Source of the DNA: a bacterium
Lineage (GTDB): Bacteria > Hinthialibacterota > Hinthialibacteria > OLB16
Length of the DNA: 64,000 bases
NCBI GenBank assembly: GCA_022072055.1
Contig: JAJVIK010000008.1
Span: 296,111 to 360,110 of the forward strand
Direction: 5' to 3'
This document shows, piece after piece, positions 27,076-36,246 of this stretch (position 1 is its first letter; each line of letters starts with the position of its first letter). Made by a program: the position numbers and the translations under genes. The notes beneath the pieces were generated by a model. That model was not told where the DNA came from and did not search any database. It worked only from the letters and a program-made list of their open reading frames with translations.

Positions 27076-27624
27076 TCAGTCGTTCGGGTCCGGATCAACC
27101 GCCTTCGAGAAGTCCTCGATCCGGCCGTCCTCATGGATCATAAAGGACACATGCTTCCTTGACCCGTGCATGGGAAGCAGACTTTGGACCATGACATACT
27201 CGATGAAGGGCGCGCCCTCCTCGGGGATCGGCGCGGGATCCTGGGCCGGAAGAGTGGAGCCGACAAAAAGGAGCCAGCGGGTCTTGCGACCCACGCGATT
27301 CGCGCGATAGGTCCAACACTTGCCATCCGGTCCCACCAGATGCGCCTCCACGGGCTTGCCTTTCTCCAACCGAAGCAGGCCGGGGAGGGTATGAGCGGTC
27401 TGGTTGTACATTCCGGGACCAATCGGTTTGGAGAGGGTCAATTCGATCTTTGCGCGCGCAAAGGCGGCGTCCGCGGGGAGCTCATGCAAGGACTCGGTCA
27501 CGGGCCGTGGCGGGGAGCCAGACCACGCCATCGAATCGGTCCAGGCTTCCGGCGCGGGAACCTCGGGGGACTCCCCCGGGCCTTCGATGCTCGCTCCCGT
27601 GCTTTCCAGGCTTCGCCCCACCAT
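27076..27624 (-). CDS. hypothetical protein (downstream of flgE)
   Basis: ORF on the same strand, 52 nt after flgE. No recognisable family. Confidence 0.35.
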   Translation of the reverse strand: MVGRSLESTGASIEGPGESPEVPAPEAWTDSMAWSGSPPRPVTESLHELPADAAFARAKIELTLSKPIGPGMYNQTAHTLPGLLRLEKGKPVEAHLVGPDGKCWTYRANRVGRKTRWLLFVGSTLPAQDPAPIPEEGAPFIEYVMVQSLLPMHGSRKHVSFMIHEDGRIEDFSKAVDPDPND

Positions 27625-27676
27625 TCACTCCGAAGATTGCGGGGGGCGGGACTGGACCCGCCCCCCCAGACATGGC

Positions 27677-29866
27677 CTATCGAATCAGATTCACCAGTTC
27701 CTGCAACACCTGGTCCCCGGTGGTGATGACCCGCGCGTTGGCCTGGAAGGCGCGCTGAGCAAGGATCAGGCTCACAAACTCCTCGGAGATATCCACGTTG
27801 GAGAGTTCCAGTTCGCTGGAGGCGATGTCTCCCCGCGCGAGCGTTCCTGGAGTCCCGAGCACCGGGTCGCCCGAGTTGCTGGACTGAACGAAGAGGTTAT
27901 CGCCCCTTCGCAGCAAGCCCCCCTCGTTGGCGAAACTGGCAAGCAGGATTTGGGCGAGGGTCCGCGTGGTGCCGTTCGAGAACACCCCGGTGATGGTTCC
28001 ATCCGGCCCGATGTTGATGGTTTCCAGTCGCCCCACCGGGCTGCCGTCCTGCGCCAGGATCGCGGCGCTGGTGGCGGAGGCGTTCTGGGTCACATCCGTG
28101 AAGTCGAACTCGATGGTGAGCGAATCCACGCCGCCGTTGGCGGGATCGGTCCCATCCGGGTCGAACTGTATCACCGGGTTGCCCGTGAGGATGTTGCCGT
28201 TGTCATCGGTTCCGTAGTTGTCGAAGTTTCCATTGGCCAGGAACACCAGCCGCCCGGTCGCGGCGGTCGGCGGGCTATCGTCCGAGTGCGGCACGATAAC
28301 CTGGTAGTTCCAGGAGTTGAGCAGGGCGTTGGCGGTGTGGAAGGTGTTCGTGCCGGTGATGCCTCCGGCGGTGACCGAAAACCCATCGGTTGTGGAGGAA
28401 AGTCCGAAGTCACGCTCGTTGAACAGACGGGTGATCGCTCCGGAAGCGCTGGCCGTCCCGGCGTTGACTCCATCGTCGTCGGTGTGAATCCGCACATTGG
28501 TGAGCGCGGCCGTGGGGGAGCTGATCCGGAAGGAGCCATCGGGGAGGAGCGACACGGTGATGTCCGTGGCGCCGGCAATGGTGTTGAGCTGGGTTTCGAG
28601 GTTGGCGCGGAGGTCCTCGAGTGTGGTGTTCGCGCCGACCGCGGTGACCAGGGTGTCGGTGGCGGTGGTGGTGGCGCCGATGGTGGAGCCGGCGGCGATT
28701 ACGATACTCGTGGTTCCGGCGGTGACCCCAAGCGAACGTCCCTCACTGTCAAACAGAGAGGTGAGCAGGTCCGTGGCTTCGCCCGGGACCCTGCGGGTGT
28801 CACGCGCAAAGGTGGTCACCACGGTCCGAGCGTTGCCTTGGGAATCGTACACCTCGGTGGAACTGGTGGCGTCCGCCTGACGGAACACCCGGGTGGTGGT
28901 GCCGGTGTTGGCGGTCACATCGATGTCCCCATCCAATTCGCCATCGCTGAAGATTCGGCGAATGGCGGTTTTCTCACCCCCGTTGATGTCCACGGCCGTA
29001 ACCTGCAGGTCGGTGAGGGTTTCGGCGCCCGCCTCAATTCGAAGGGCGCCCGTGGAATCGACGACCACATCCAGGGTGGTGCTTCCAGTAAGGCTCCGGA
29101 GGGCGTCACGCAGGCTAGCGGCCAGATCGCCGAGCGATGTGGATTGGGAGATCGTGAGCACATCGGTCGAACTGAACGTCACGGGAACCCCCGGAGGAAC
29201 CGTGTTGTATGTTCCGCCCGAGATGCGGATCGTGTCGCCCGCGTTCAGGCCGAGTGGCTGTCCCTGGTCATCAAACAGGGTGGCCAGGGTGTTCAAAGAG
29301 CTAGCCCCCGAGGGTTGGGCGTTCGTGCTCAGGTTCCCGCCCAACGTCGCGGTCTGGGTGGGGATGGCATCCGACAGGCTGTTGAAGTCAATCTGGATCG
29401 CGCTCGGCGGTAGGGTCGTGTCGATTTCGCCCTGACTGTTGGCGACCTGGCCGAGCAGGCGGAAACCGTTCCCGGGGCGTGTGATGAACCCTTCCTCATC
29501 CAACCCGAAGTTGCCCGCGCGGGTGAAGAAGGTTCCGCCCGCTCCATCGCTGAGGGCGAAGAATCCGCCGCCGCGAATGGCGAGATCGAGTAACCGCCCG
29601 GTCTGTTGGGGGCTTCCCTGTGTGAAGACCGTGTCGATCGCGTCGGTCCTCACCCCCAGGCCGATCTGTCGTGGGTTAATGCCGCCACGACCGCCGGTGG
29701 CGCCGGCCGCGCCCGAAAGCGTCTGGCTGAACAGGTCCGAAAAAGTCAGCCGGGCCCGACGATATCCGGTGGTGTTCACATTGGCGATGTTGTTACCGAT
29801 CGTGTCGATGGCGTTTGCCTGTCCGCGCAGACCGGAGATGCCTGAGTACAAGGACCTGATTGTCAT
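27677..29866 (-). CDS. flgE: flagellar hook protein FlgE (unusually long, 729 aa)
   Basis: N-terminus MTIRSLYSGISGLRGQANAIDTIGNNIANVNTTGYRRARLTFSDLF and C-terminus ELSNVDISEEFVSLILAQRAFQANARVITTGDQVLQELVNL are the conserved Flg rod/hook terminal segments. Confidence 0.85.
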   Translation of the reverse strand: MTIRSLYSGISGLRGQANAIDTIGNNIANVNTTGYRRARLTFSDLFSQTLSGAAGATGGRGGINPRQIGLGVRTDAIDTVFTQGSPQQTGRLLDLAIRGGGFFALSDGAGGTFFTRAGNFGLDEEGFITRPGNGFRLLGQVANSQGEIDTTLPPSAIQIDFNSLSDAIPTQTATLGGNLSTNAQPSGASSLNTLATLFDDQGQPLGLNAGDTIRISGGTYNTVPPGVPVTFSSTDVLTISQSTSLGDLAASLRDALRSLTGSTTLDVVVDSTGALRIEAGAETLTDLQVTAVDINGGEKTAIRRIFSDGELDGDIDVTANTGTTTRVFRQADATSSTEVYDSQGNARTVVTTFARDTRRVPGEATDLLTSLFDSEGRSLGVTAGTTSIVIAAGSTIGATTTATDTLVTAVGANTTLEDLRANLETQLNTIAGATDITVSLLPDGSFRISSPTAALTNVRIHTDDDGVNAGTASASGAITRLFNERDFGLSSTTDGFSVTAGGITGTNTFHTANALLNSWNYQVIVPHSDDSPPTAATGRLVFLANGNFDNYGTDDNGNILTGNPVIQFDPDGTDPANGGVDSLTIEFDFTDVTQNASATSAAILAQDGSPVGRLETINIGPDGTITGVFSNGTTRTLAQILLASFANEGGLLRRGDNLFVQSSNSGDPVLGTPGTLARGDIASSELELSNVDISEEFVSLILAQRAFQANARVITTGDQVLQELVNLIR

Positions 29867-29925
29867 TGAAATGCTCCTCCTTCTATCGTTTCATCCCATT
29901 TCTGGAAGCTTCACTCGCTCGAATT

Positions 29926-30663
29926 TCACCCGTTGCCCCGGACCGCGAGCACGCTCGCGAGTTCCACGGAGGTGGATCCGACAGAGATCAGGGTGGTCTG
30001 GCCTCGGAAATCGATCCCGGTGACAGTGCCCACCAGGCTCGTGTCCAAAGCGGTCGATTGCTCCCCTGAGATGGCTTGAACTTCGACCCTGGCGGTCCCG
30101 GGTGGGAGCGGGTTGCCGTCACCATCCTCCTGCGGAACGTCGACATACACACGCCCGCCCTCGACTCGAACTCCTTCGGGGGGATCGGCGGGATTGAAGG
30201 TGGTCTCGAAGATGGTCTGACCCGATTCGCCCTTGAGGCGAAGCGTGATCTGCTCGGCGCCCCCATCCGGGAGATCGAACACAATCTGTTCGTCGCCCGC
30301 GCCCCCGACCTGGACCGTGTCGGACTCCACCTCAACCTCCTTCCCGATCAGCCCCACCGCCGTTGCGTTGATGTTGGTCTGCTGAAACGCGAGGCTCGCC
30401 GCGAGCAGATCGGCGATTTCCGAGAGCTCGCCCAGGCCCTGCATGCTGTCCTCGATCTCCCGGAGCTCATCCAGCGAGCTGAATGAGGTCAGCTGCTGGA
30501 CGAATTCCTCGTTGGTCAGCGGTTCGAGAGGGTCCTGGTTCTGAAGTTGGGCCACCAGGAGACGCAGAAATCCCTCTTGGTCGATGGTGGAAGAAGGGGT
30601 CCGCGTGGTTTCGGTGGGGGTGGTCCCGCCCGGGACACTGAAGATTGGGTTGACTGTCGGCAT
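29926..30663 (-). CDS. flgD: flagellar hook assembly/capping protein FlgD
   Basis: FLRLLVAQLQNQDPLEP motif and a C-terminal FlgD Ig-like region. Confidence 0.8.
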   Translation of the reverse strand: MPTVNPIFSVPGGTTPTETTRTPSSTIDQEGFLRLLVAQLQNQDPLEPLTNEEFVQQLTSFSSLDELREIEDSMQGLGELSEIADLLAASLAFQQTNINATAVGLIGKEVEVESDTVQVGGAGDEQIVFDLPDGGAEQITLRLKGESGQTIFETTFNPADPPEGVRVEGGRVYVDVPQEDGDGNPLPPGTARVEVQAISGEQSTALDTSLVGTVTGIDFRGQTTLISVGSTSVELASVLAVRGNG

Positions 30664-30698
30664 GGCGTTCTCCTCTCAGCTCAGGGGGCGCAGGTTAC

Positions 30699-32999
30699 TC
30701 AAGCGTATCGGTCCCAGCGCGCCCGGTTTCGCTCCTCTTGGGATGGGTGCTCTCGTTGATTCGGATTCCGCGAACCCCGCTCCTGGTTCGGTCCCTCGGG
30801 ACTTGAGTCGGCCTGTCTACTCCAGGCGTCCCGCGCCGCTCCCTGGCGGCTTGTGTCGGGGAATGTTTCAGAGCCTGTCGAGCGCACCACCACTTGCTCC
30901 ACCCGAAGCCCGGCGTCTGCGAGGATGGTTTGGAGCTGGGAGACGTGGCGGCTGAGCGCCTCGCGGGTGGTTTCCACGCTGGCGCGGAATTCGGCGGTCA
31001 GCCCATTCTGGGTTTGCGTAACCCTCAGATGGACTTCGCCCAGGTTTTCCGGAACCAGACGGATGCGGATTTCGGAGGCTCCTCCTTGTGTTTGAACTCG
31101 CGCGGCGTGGATGACCTGATCGAGGATCCGCGCTTCGCGGACTCGGGTCGCTTGCGATTCCGCCCGGCCTTGAGTCGAGACCGCCTCGGAGTCGACGACA
31201 CGAAGTTCCACCGTGGTGGACACAGGCGCCGTAGCCCCTTCGCGAATTGGCGCGTGGGCGCCTCGATCCGGGTTGCCTGCTGATTCGGGAGCCGCATGCC
31301 GGTTGACACTCGTGGCGCCCGCGAGAACGGATGTATTCTGATTTCTTGAACTGCCGGGATCGCCCTGGCTCTCCCTCACAGCCGATTCGAGGGATTCGGG
31401 GGCCGCGGATTCGGGAGGCGGCGAGGGCTGAGGCTTGGCGAGTCCCTCCGAACGCGGGATGGGAAGGATCGTGGGTTCAGCTTCGGAGTTTGTGAGCGAA
31501 GGGTTGAGGTTCGGGCGTGACGATGTGGAGGGAGCCTGCTCCTCCGTGGAGCCAACCGAATCCACGACCAGCCGTATATCCGCGGGAGGAGCCGAATGAA
31601 CCGACGGGACAGTTGTTGGAGTGGCGGAACCCGGCGGCGCCCCGATTGGACCCCGGTGGACTAAGTCCGCCGCGGGCGCGAGTGAGGCAATCCGAGGAAC
31701 GCCCACATCGGGAGGGACTGAACCCACCGGCTCTGAGTAGGTTCCCAAACGGGATGAGGTGGTCCCCGTGGGAAGCGGTTCGAACCCCTCGGCGCTTGCT
31801 GTTGAGGCGGTCGCGCGCGCCACCACCGCATGGACCTGAACCGGGAGCGGCCGCGTGGATGGCCGGTTGACTCGAATGCTTTCAAGGGATCCCGCGAGAG
31901 CGCGGAGCTGCTCGGCGATGTCCCCCACAACCAGGCGCACTGAAACCTGTGTGTTCCCTTCGGCGCCTTGGCGGGGCGTCGCCGTCGCCTGGTCCGCGGA
32001 TTCCAGCGGCGTCTCAGACCTCGGAATCCATGTCTCGGAGAGAGCCGCCGGAAGCGGAACGCGGATGATTGGAGCATCCCCGGGTTTGAGCGGGTTCGAC
32101 GGAACGGGCTGCGCGCCTCCTATGCCAACCTCCGCCAAGAGGTCACGGATTCCGGGTGTGACGATCTCCTCGGTTTCAGTCGGATCGAGGAAAGGGACTG
32201 TTGGATTTGCCAGGATCGCGGTATCCGAGTCCAGCGGCGTTGTGTTGATGGGGTTGAAGAACAGGTCGAGTCCCCCGGTGGTGCCGGTTGACTGAGGGAG
32301 CGTTTCGTCGATGGGTTCCGGAAGCGGAGCTCGTAGCACCAGGATCGGTTCGGGAGCTGCGGGCGCAATGGGGCTTCGTTGAGTGAACGAAAACTCCGAA
32401 ACCACACGCGCGACCGGATGGTCCGAGGGAATATTGGGCTCCGACGGGATTTCGGAAGTGGCGATGAGCGCTGTCTCCCCCTCGGAGGGCTGTGTGACTT
32501 CAAGTCGTGGAGCCGAGGGATTGGCGGGGAGCTGGGGAACAATCAGGTATGCGACAACCTCACCCTCCGCGGGTTCCGTTGAGGGTGTGGGTTCGCCCTT
32601 CAGAAGGTCCTCGGTTTCTTCCGGGGAAAGGGGGCGAAGTTGGACCTCTTCGAGGAGGCCGGTTAAGGCATCCGCGGTGGCCGCGAGCCTGCGCGCTCGA
32701 GGAGCGGAGAAATCCTCAAGGACCGCGGGCTGATCCGCCCGCGGGAGCTGGAGGAACGCGGCAAAGCCTGCCCCGGTGGGAAGGTTCTGCAGTTCAGGCA
32801 ACCTGCCGAAGGCGGTTGGTCTGGGAATTCTCGACCCCGCCAGCCCATCCTGGAGAGACCCGGAATTGAAGGGGATTTGCGCCAATCCGACGCCCATAAG
32901 CGCTCTCTTTCGCCGCGCGGAGTCCCTGCTCCTTGGCGCGGGGTGAAGTTCTCTTGGGCAAGGCGCGTGCCAGGGGATCCCCGTTCGGGCTTTGATCAA
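30699..32999 (-). CDS. fliK: flagellar hook-length control protein FliK (766 aa, Pro/Ser-rich N-terminal region)
   Basis: The C-terminal domain IRIRLVPENLGEVHLRVTQTQNGLTAEFRASVETTREALSRHVSQLQTILADAGLRVEQ matches the Flg_hook/FliK C-terminal domain. Gene order fliK-flgD-flgE. Confidence 0.7.
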   Translation of the reverse strand: MIKARTGIPWHAPCPRELHPAPRSRDSARRKRALMGVGLAQIPFNSGSLQDGLAGSRIPRPTAFGRLPELQNLPTGAGFAAFLQLPRADQPAVLEDFSAPRARRLAATADALTGLLEEVQLRPLSPEETEDLLKGEPTPSTEPAEGEVVAYLIVPQLPANPSAPRLEVTQPSEGETALIATSEIPSEPNIPSDHPVARVVSEFSFTQRSPIAPAAPEPILVLRAPLPEPIDETLPQSTGTTGGLDLFFNPINTTPLDSDTAILANPTVPFLDPTETEEIVTPGIRDLLAEVGIGGAQPVPSNPLKPGDAPIIRVPLPAALSETWIPRSETPLESADQATATPRQGAEGNTQVSVRLVVGDIAEQLRALAGSLESIRVNRPSTRPLPVQVHAVVARATASTASAEGFEPLPTGTTSSRLGTYSEPVGSVPPDVGVPRIASLAPAADLVHRGPIGAPPGSATPTTVPSVHSAPPADIRLVVDSVGSTEEQAPSTSSRPNLNPSLTNSEAEPTILPIPRSEGLAKPQPSPPPESAAPESLESAVRESQGDPGSSRNQNTSVLAGATSVNRHAAPESAGNPDRGAHAPIREGATAPVSTTVELRVVDSEAVSTQGRAESQATRVREARILDQVIHAARVQTQGGASEIRIRLVPENLGEVHLRVTQTQNGLTAEFRASVETTREALSRHVSQLQTILADAGLRVEQVVVRSTGSETFPDTSRQGAARDAWSRQADSSPEGPNQERGSRNPNQREHPSQEERNRARWDRYA

Positions 33000-33135
33000 A
33001 ACAGGGCGCTTTAGGTTCCTTTGCGGTTGTGTTAGCTTGCGAGCAGAGTGGGGCGCTCGCGCATTGATGGTCGTTCGGCGGCGAGAAACGCCCTGGGAGT
33101 TTCGATTTCATTTCAGATTCCACAGGAGAGGCGAC

Positions 33136-34404
33136 ATGGATCACAGCGACAAAGGTTTGACCCGGAGGGACTTCACCAAGGTGGCCGCGGGCGCGGCCGC
33201 GAGCTTCGCGATCTTATCGGGGCGCCCCGGAAAGGCCGACGCGAACGTGGACACGCTCAAGGTGGGTCTCCTGGGGTGCGGGGGACGCGGGACCTCGGCC
33301 GCGATCAACATTCTCGAAGGGGACAACAATGTTCAACTGGTGGCGATGGCCGATGTCTTCGCGGACCGTCTGAACTCCTCTCGTGAGAAGATCAAGAACA
33401 GCGAGAAGGAGTTGGTCGCCAAGGGTTATGCGGTGGAGGATGACCACTGTTTCACCGGCTTGGACGCCTATGAGAAGATTCTACAGACCGACATCGACAT
33501 CCTGCTGGAGGCCACCCTTCCTTACTCCCGCTCCATCCACCTGCTCGCGGCCGCCAAGGCCGGAAAGCACATCTTCACCGAAAAGCCGGTGGCGGTGGAC
33601 CCGACCGGGATTCGACGGGTCCTCGAGGCCGCCAAAATCTGCGAGGAAAAGAAGAAATGCGTGGTCGCCGGCACCCAACGCCGCCACCACCGCCCCTACA
33701 TGGAGACCATCAAGAAGCTGCATGACGGCGCGATTGGAGAGGTTGTCGCCCTGCGCGCCTATTGGTGCGGGACTCTCCCCTTCTGTCACGATCGCAAACC
33801 CGGTTGGACCGACCTGGAGTACCGTCTGCGCAACTGGATCAACTACTGCTGGACCTCGGGAGACAACATTGTCGAGCAGCACATCCACAACCTGGATGTC
33901 TGCAACTGGGTGATGAACGGCCATCCGGTGTCGGTGCTGGCCTCGGGCGGAAGGGTCTGGAAGCCGCGCGAGGAGAAATACGGCGACCTGTGGGATAACT
34001 TCAGCTGCGACTATGAGTATCCCAACGGGGTGCACATGGCGAGTTTCTCGCGCCATTGGGATGGCTGCGCCGAGAATGTCTCCGAAGCGGCTGTGGGAAC
34101 CAAGGGCAAGAGCACTTGCCGGGACCTGGCCCCGGGCGTGGATGAGACCTCGGGGTACATCTGGGAGCACCGCGACCTGGTGGCCGCGATCCGAGGCAAC
34201 GCCCCCTACCTGAACGAGCTTCAGCGCGTGGCCGAGAGCACCATGACCGCGATCATGGGACGCATGGCGGCCTACAGCGGGAAGCTGGTCACTTGGGATG
34301 ACGCCCTCAACTCCGACCTGAGCATCGTGCCGGATGTGGTCGCGTGGGATCGCCCCTATCCGGTTGGCCCGATTCCGATTCCGGTGGACAAGAGCAAGTA
34401 TTGA
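33136..34404 (+). CDS. Gfo/Idh/MocA family oxidoreductase with twin-arginine signal
   Basis: GGAGAGG SD 6 nt before ATG 33136. TRRDFTKVAAGAAASFAIL is a TAT motif. VGLLGCGGRG Rossmann. The track's start at 32992 is unlikely. Confidence 0.8.
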   Translation: MDHSDKGLTRRDFTKVAAGAAASFAILSGRPGKADANVDTLKVGLLGCGGRGTSAAINILEGDNNVQLVAMADVFADRLNSSREKIKNSEKELVAKGYAVEDDHCFTGLDAYEKILQTDIDILLEATLPYSRSIHLLAAAKAGKHIFTEKPVAVDPTGIRRVLEAAKICEEKKKCVVAGTQRRHHRPYMETIKKLHDGAIGEVVALRAYWCGTLPFCHDRKPGWTDLEYRLRNWINYCWTSGDNIVEQHIHNLDVCNWVMNGHPVSVLASGGRVWKPREEKYGDLWDNFSCDYEYPNGVHMASFSRHWDGCAENVSEAAVGTKGKSTCRDLAPGVDETSGYIWEHRDLVAAIRGNAPYLNELQRVAESTMTAIMGRMAAYSGKLVTWDDALNSDLSIVPDVVAWDRPYPVGPIPIPVDKSKY

Positions 34405-34468
34405 GGCATGCTGAGGCGAGTGGAGGGCGGGACTTGTCCGCCCTCCACTCGCGGAAGAAGGTGAAATC

Positions 34469-34978
34469 ATGTCGACCCCGATCAAGCCGGAGCTGGGAGA
34501 GACACCTCAGGGTGGCGTCCGCTTGGAGCCGGGACTGCGTGAGCGCTGGGGGAGGCAACGGATGGGGCGAGTCAGAGTTCCCATAACAATCCGAAATTCG
34601 GATGATCTGGCGGCGGTACGTCGAAACCTGATTTCCGAAGAGCAAGTGCGTTCGCTGACAGTTGAGGGCTTCGTGGACACCGGGGCAAACTTCCTCTGCC
34701 TACCAAAATCGATGGTCCAGCGCCTAGGCTTGGTGTATCGAGAGACCCTGCTGGTGCGGACCGCGAACGGGCCAGTCAACCGAAACCTCTTTGTTGGCGC
34801 GGAAGTGGGAATCCAAGGGCGCTCTCTTCCGTCCGCGGTCATGGAGATTGACGAGGACATGCCTCCGCTCATCGGGGTTTTGGTTTTGGAAATGCTTGAT
34901 TTTGTTGTGGATCCGGGCGGTGAGAGGCTTATTCCGAATCCCGAGCATGGTGGGGACTGGATGGCGGACATCTACTAA
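34469..34978 (+). CDS. retropepsin-like aspartic protease (clan AA)
   Basis: VDTGANFLCLP contains the D-T/S-G-A catalytic motif in a retropepsin-like context. 169 aa. Confidence 0.65.
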   Translation: MSTPIKPELGETPQGGVRLEPGLRERWGRQRMGRVRVPITIRNSDDLAAVRRNLISEEQVRSLTVEGFVDTGANFLCLPKSMVQRLGLVYRETLLVRTANGPVNRNLFVGAEVGIQGRSLPSAVMEIDEDMPPLIGVLVLEMLDFVVDPGGERLIPNPEHGGDWMADIY

Positions 34979-35271
34979 GACCCTATCTACGGTCCGCTCC
35001 ACTACGCCAGGGTCGCCATTTCTCACCTTTAGGGAATTCCGTACTTGACACCCCCGCGTTTCCCGCCGGATAATAAACAAGCGTATGAGAGACTCAGCGC
35101 CGAGCCGAAGTCCTCGGTCGAATCTATATTTCCAGGGAGCGCCTGTCCGGCTCGCCCACGTTTCCACATCGCCCATTGCAGACCCTTCCGCGCCTCTCGC
35201 CGAATTGAACATCCCTTCCCTGATTACAACCTTCTCCACCCTTTTGGCGACCTCGGCCCATCCCCAGCTCC

Positions 35272-36246
35272 ATGACTGAACACACCCATTTGATTCGTCT
35301 CAGGGACTCGCGCGAAAGCGTGGCGGTCTACGGGAACCTCGACGAAAACCTTCGTTTGATTGAAGAGGAGTTCGAGGCTCACCTGATCGCGCGCGGGGAG
35401 CAGCTTCGCATCCAGGGCGGAGTGGAGCAGGTGGACTTGGTGCGCCAAGTGATCGAGGGCTTGCGCGGCATCGCGCAGACCCGCGCGGTGGTCGATTTGC
35501 AGAATGTCCGCGACCTGATCCGAATGGTGAAGGCCAAGAGCCCTGTCCCGGTGCGCGAGGTGCTGGAGGACTCGATTCAGGTCAACGGACAGCACCGCAA
35601 GATCAAGCCGAAAACAGTCGGCCAGAAGCGCTATATCGACGCCATCCGTCAAAACGACATCGTGTTCGGGATCGGACCGGCGGGGACCGGAAAGACTTAC
35701 CTTGCGATGGCCTGCGCGGTGCACGCCCTGATTAACCGCAAGGTCAAGCGGATTGTGCTCGCGCGCCCGGCGGTCGAGGCGGGGGAATCGCTCGGCTTTC
35801 TGCCGGGAGACCTTTACGAGAAGGTGAACCCGTACCTGCGCCCGCTGTATGACGCTCTCTATGACATGATGGAGTTCGAGAAGGTCAACCGTCTCATGCA
35901 GCAGGGTCAGATCGAGGTCGCGCCGCTGGCGTTCATGCGCGGCAGGACCCTCAACGATTCCTTTGTGGTGTTGGATGAGGCGCAGAACACCACGCGCGAG
36001 CAGATGAAGATGTTTCTCACCCGCCTGGGGTATGACTCCAAGGCGGTGGTTACCGGGGATGTGACTCAGATCGATCTCCCGCAGCAGAAGGTGAGCGGCC
36101 TGATCGACGCGATCGGGGTGCTCAAGGGAATCCGCGGCCTGGAGATGGTCTGGCTGGGCCGTGGGGATGTGGTCCGGCACCCGCTGGTTCAGGAGATCAT
36201 CCGAGCCTATGAAGAGGCGGATTCGCCGGAGGCGGCCAAGCTATGA
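35272..36246 (+). CDS. phoH: PhoH-family ATPase
   Basis: GPAGTGKTYLAMA Walker A. Full-length PhoH/YbeZ similarity. Confidence 0.9.
   Translation: MTEHTHLIRLRDSRESVAVYGNLDENLRLIEEEFEAHLIARGEQLRIQGGVEQVDLVRQVIEGLRGIAQTRAVVDLQNVRDLIRMVKAKSPVPVREVLEDSIQVNGQHRKIKPKTVGQKRYIDAIRQNDIVFGIGPAGTGKTYLAMACAVHALINRKVKRIVLARPAVEAGESLGFLPGDLYEKVNPYLRPLYDALYDMMEFEKVNRLMQQGQIEVAPLAFMRGRTLNDSFVVLDEAQNTTREQMKMFLTRLGYDSKAVVTGDVTQIDLPQQKVSGLIDAIGVLKGIRGLEMVWLGRGDVVRHPLVQEIIRAYEEADSPEAAKL

Noticed and set aside
27404-29413. 669-aa plus-strand ORF
   Set aside because: It runs antisense to the clearly identified flgE gene. The translation is Gly/Arg/Val-rich with no motifs, so it is a GC-driven open frame.
32999-33136. 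Search for sigma-54 (-24/-12) or sigma-28 promoter upstream of fliK
   Set aside because: No convincing TGGCAC-N5-TTGC or TAAA-N15-GCCGATAA match was seen by eye in the divergent region. Left uncalled.
33481-34485. 334-aa minus-strand ORF
   Set aside because: Antisense to the Gfo/Idh/MocA oxidoreductase at 33136-34404.
35046-35079. TTGACA ... TAATAA upstream of phoH as a sigma70 promoter
   Set aside because: The spacer is ~20 nt, too long for a standard promoter. Not called.
35224-36180. 318-aa minus-strand ORF
   Set aside because: Antisense to phoH (Walker A-containing, conserved). Artefact.
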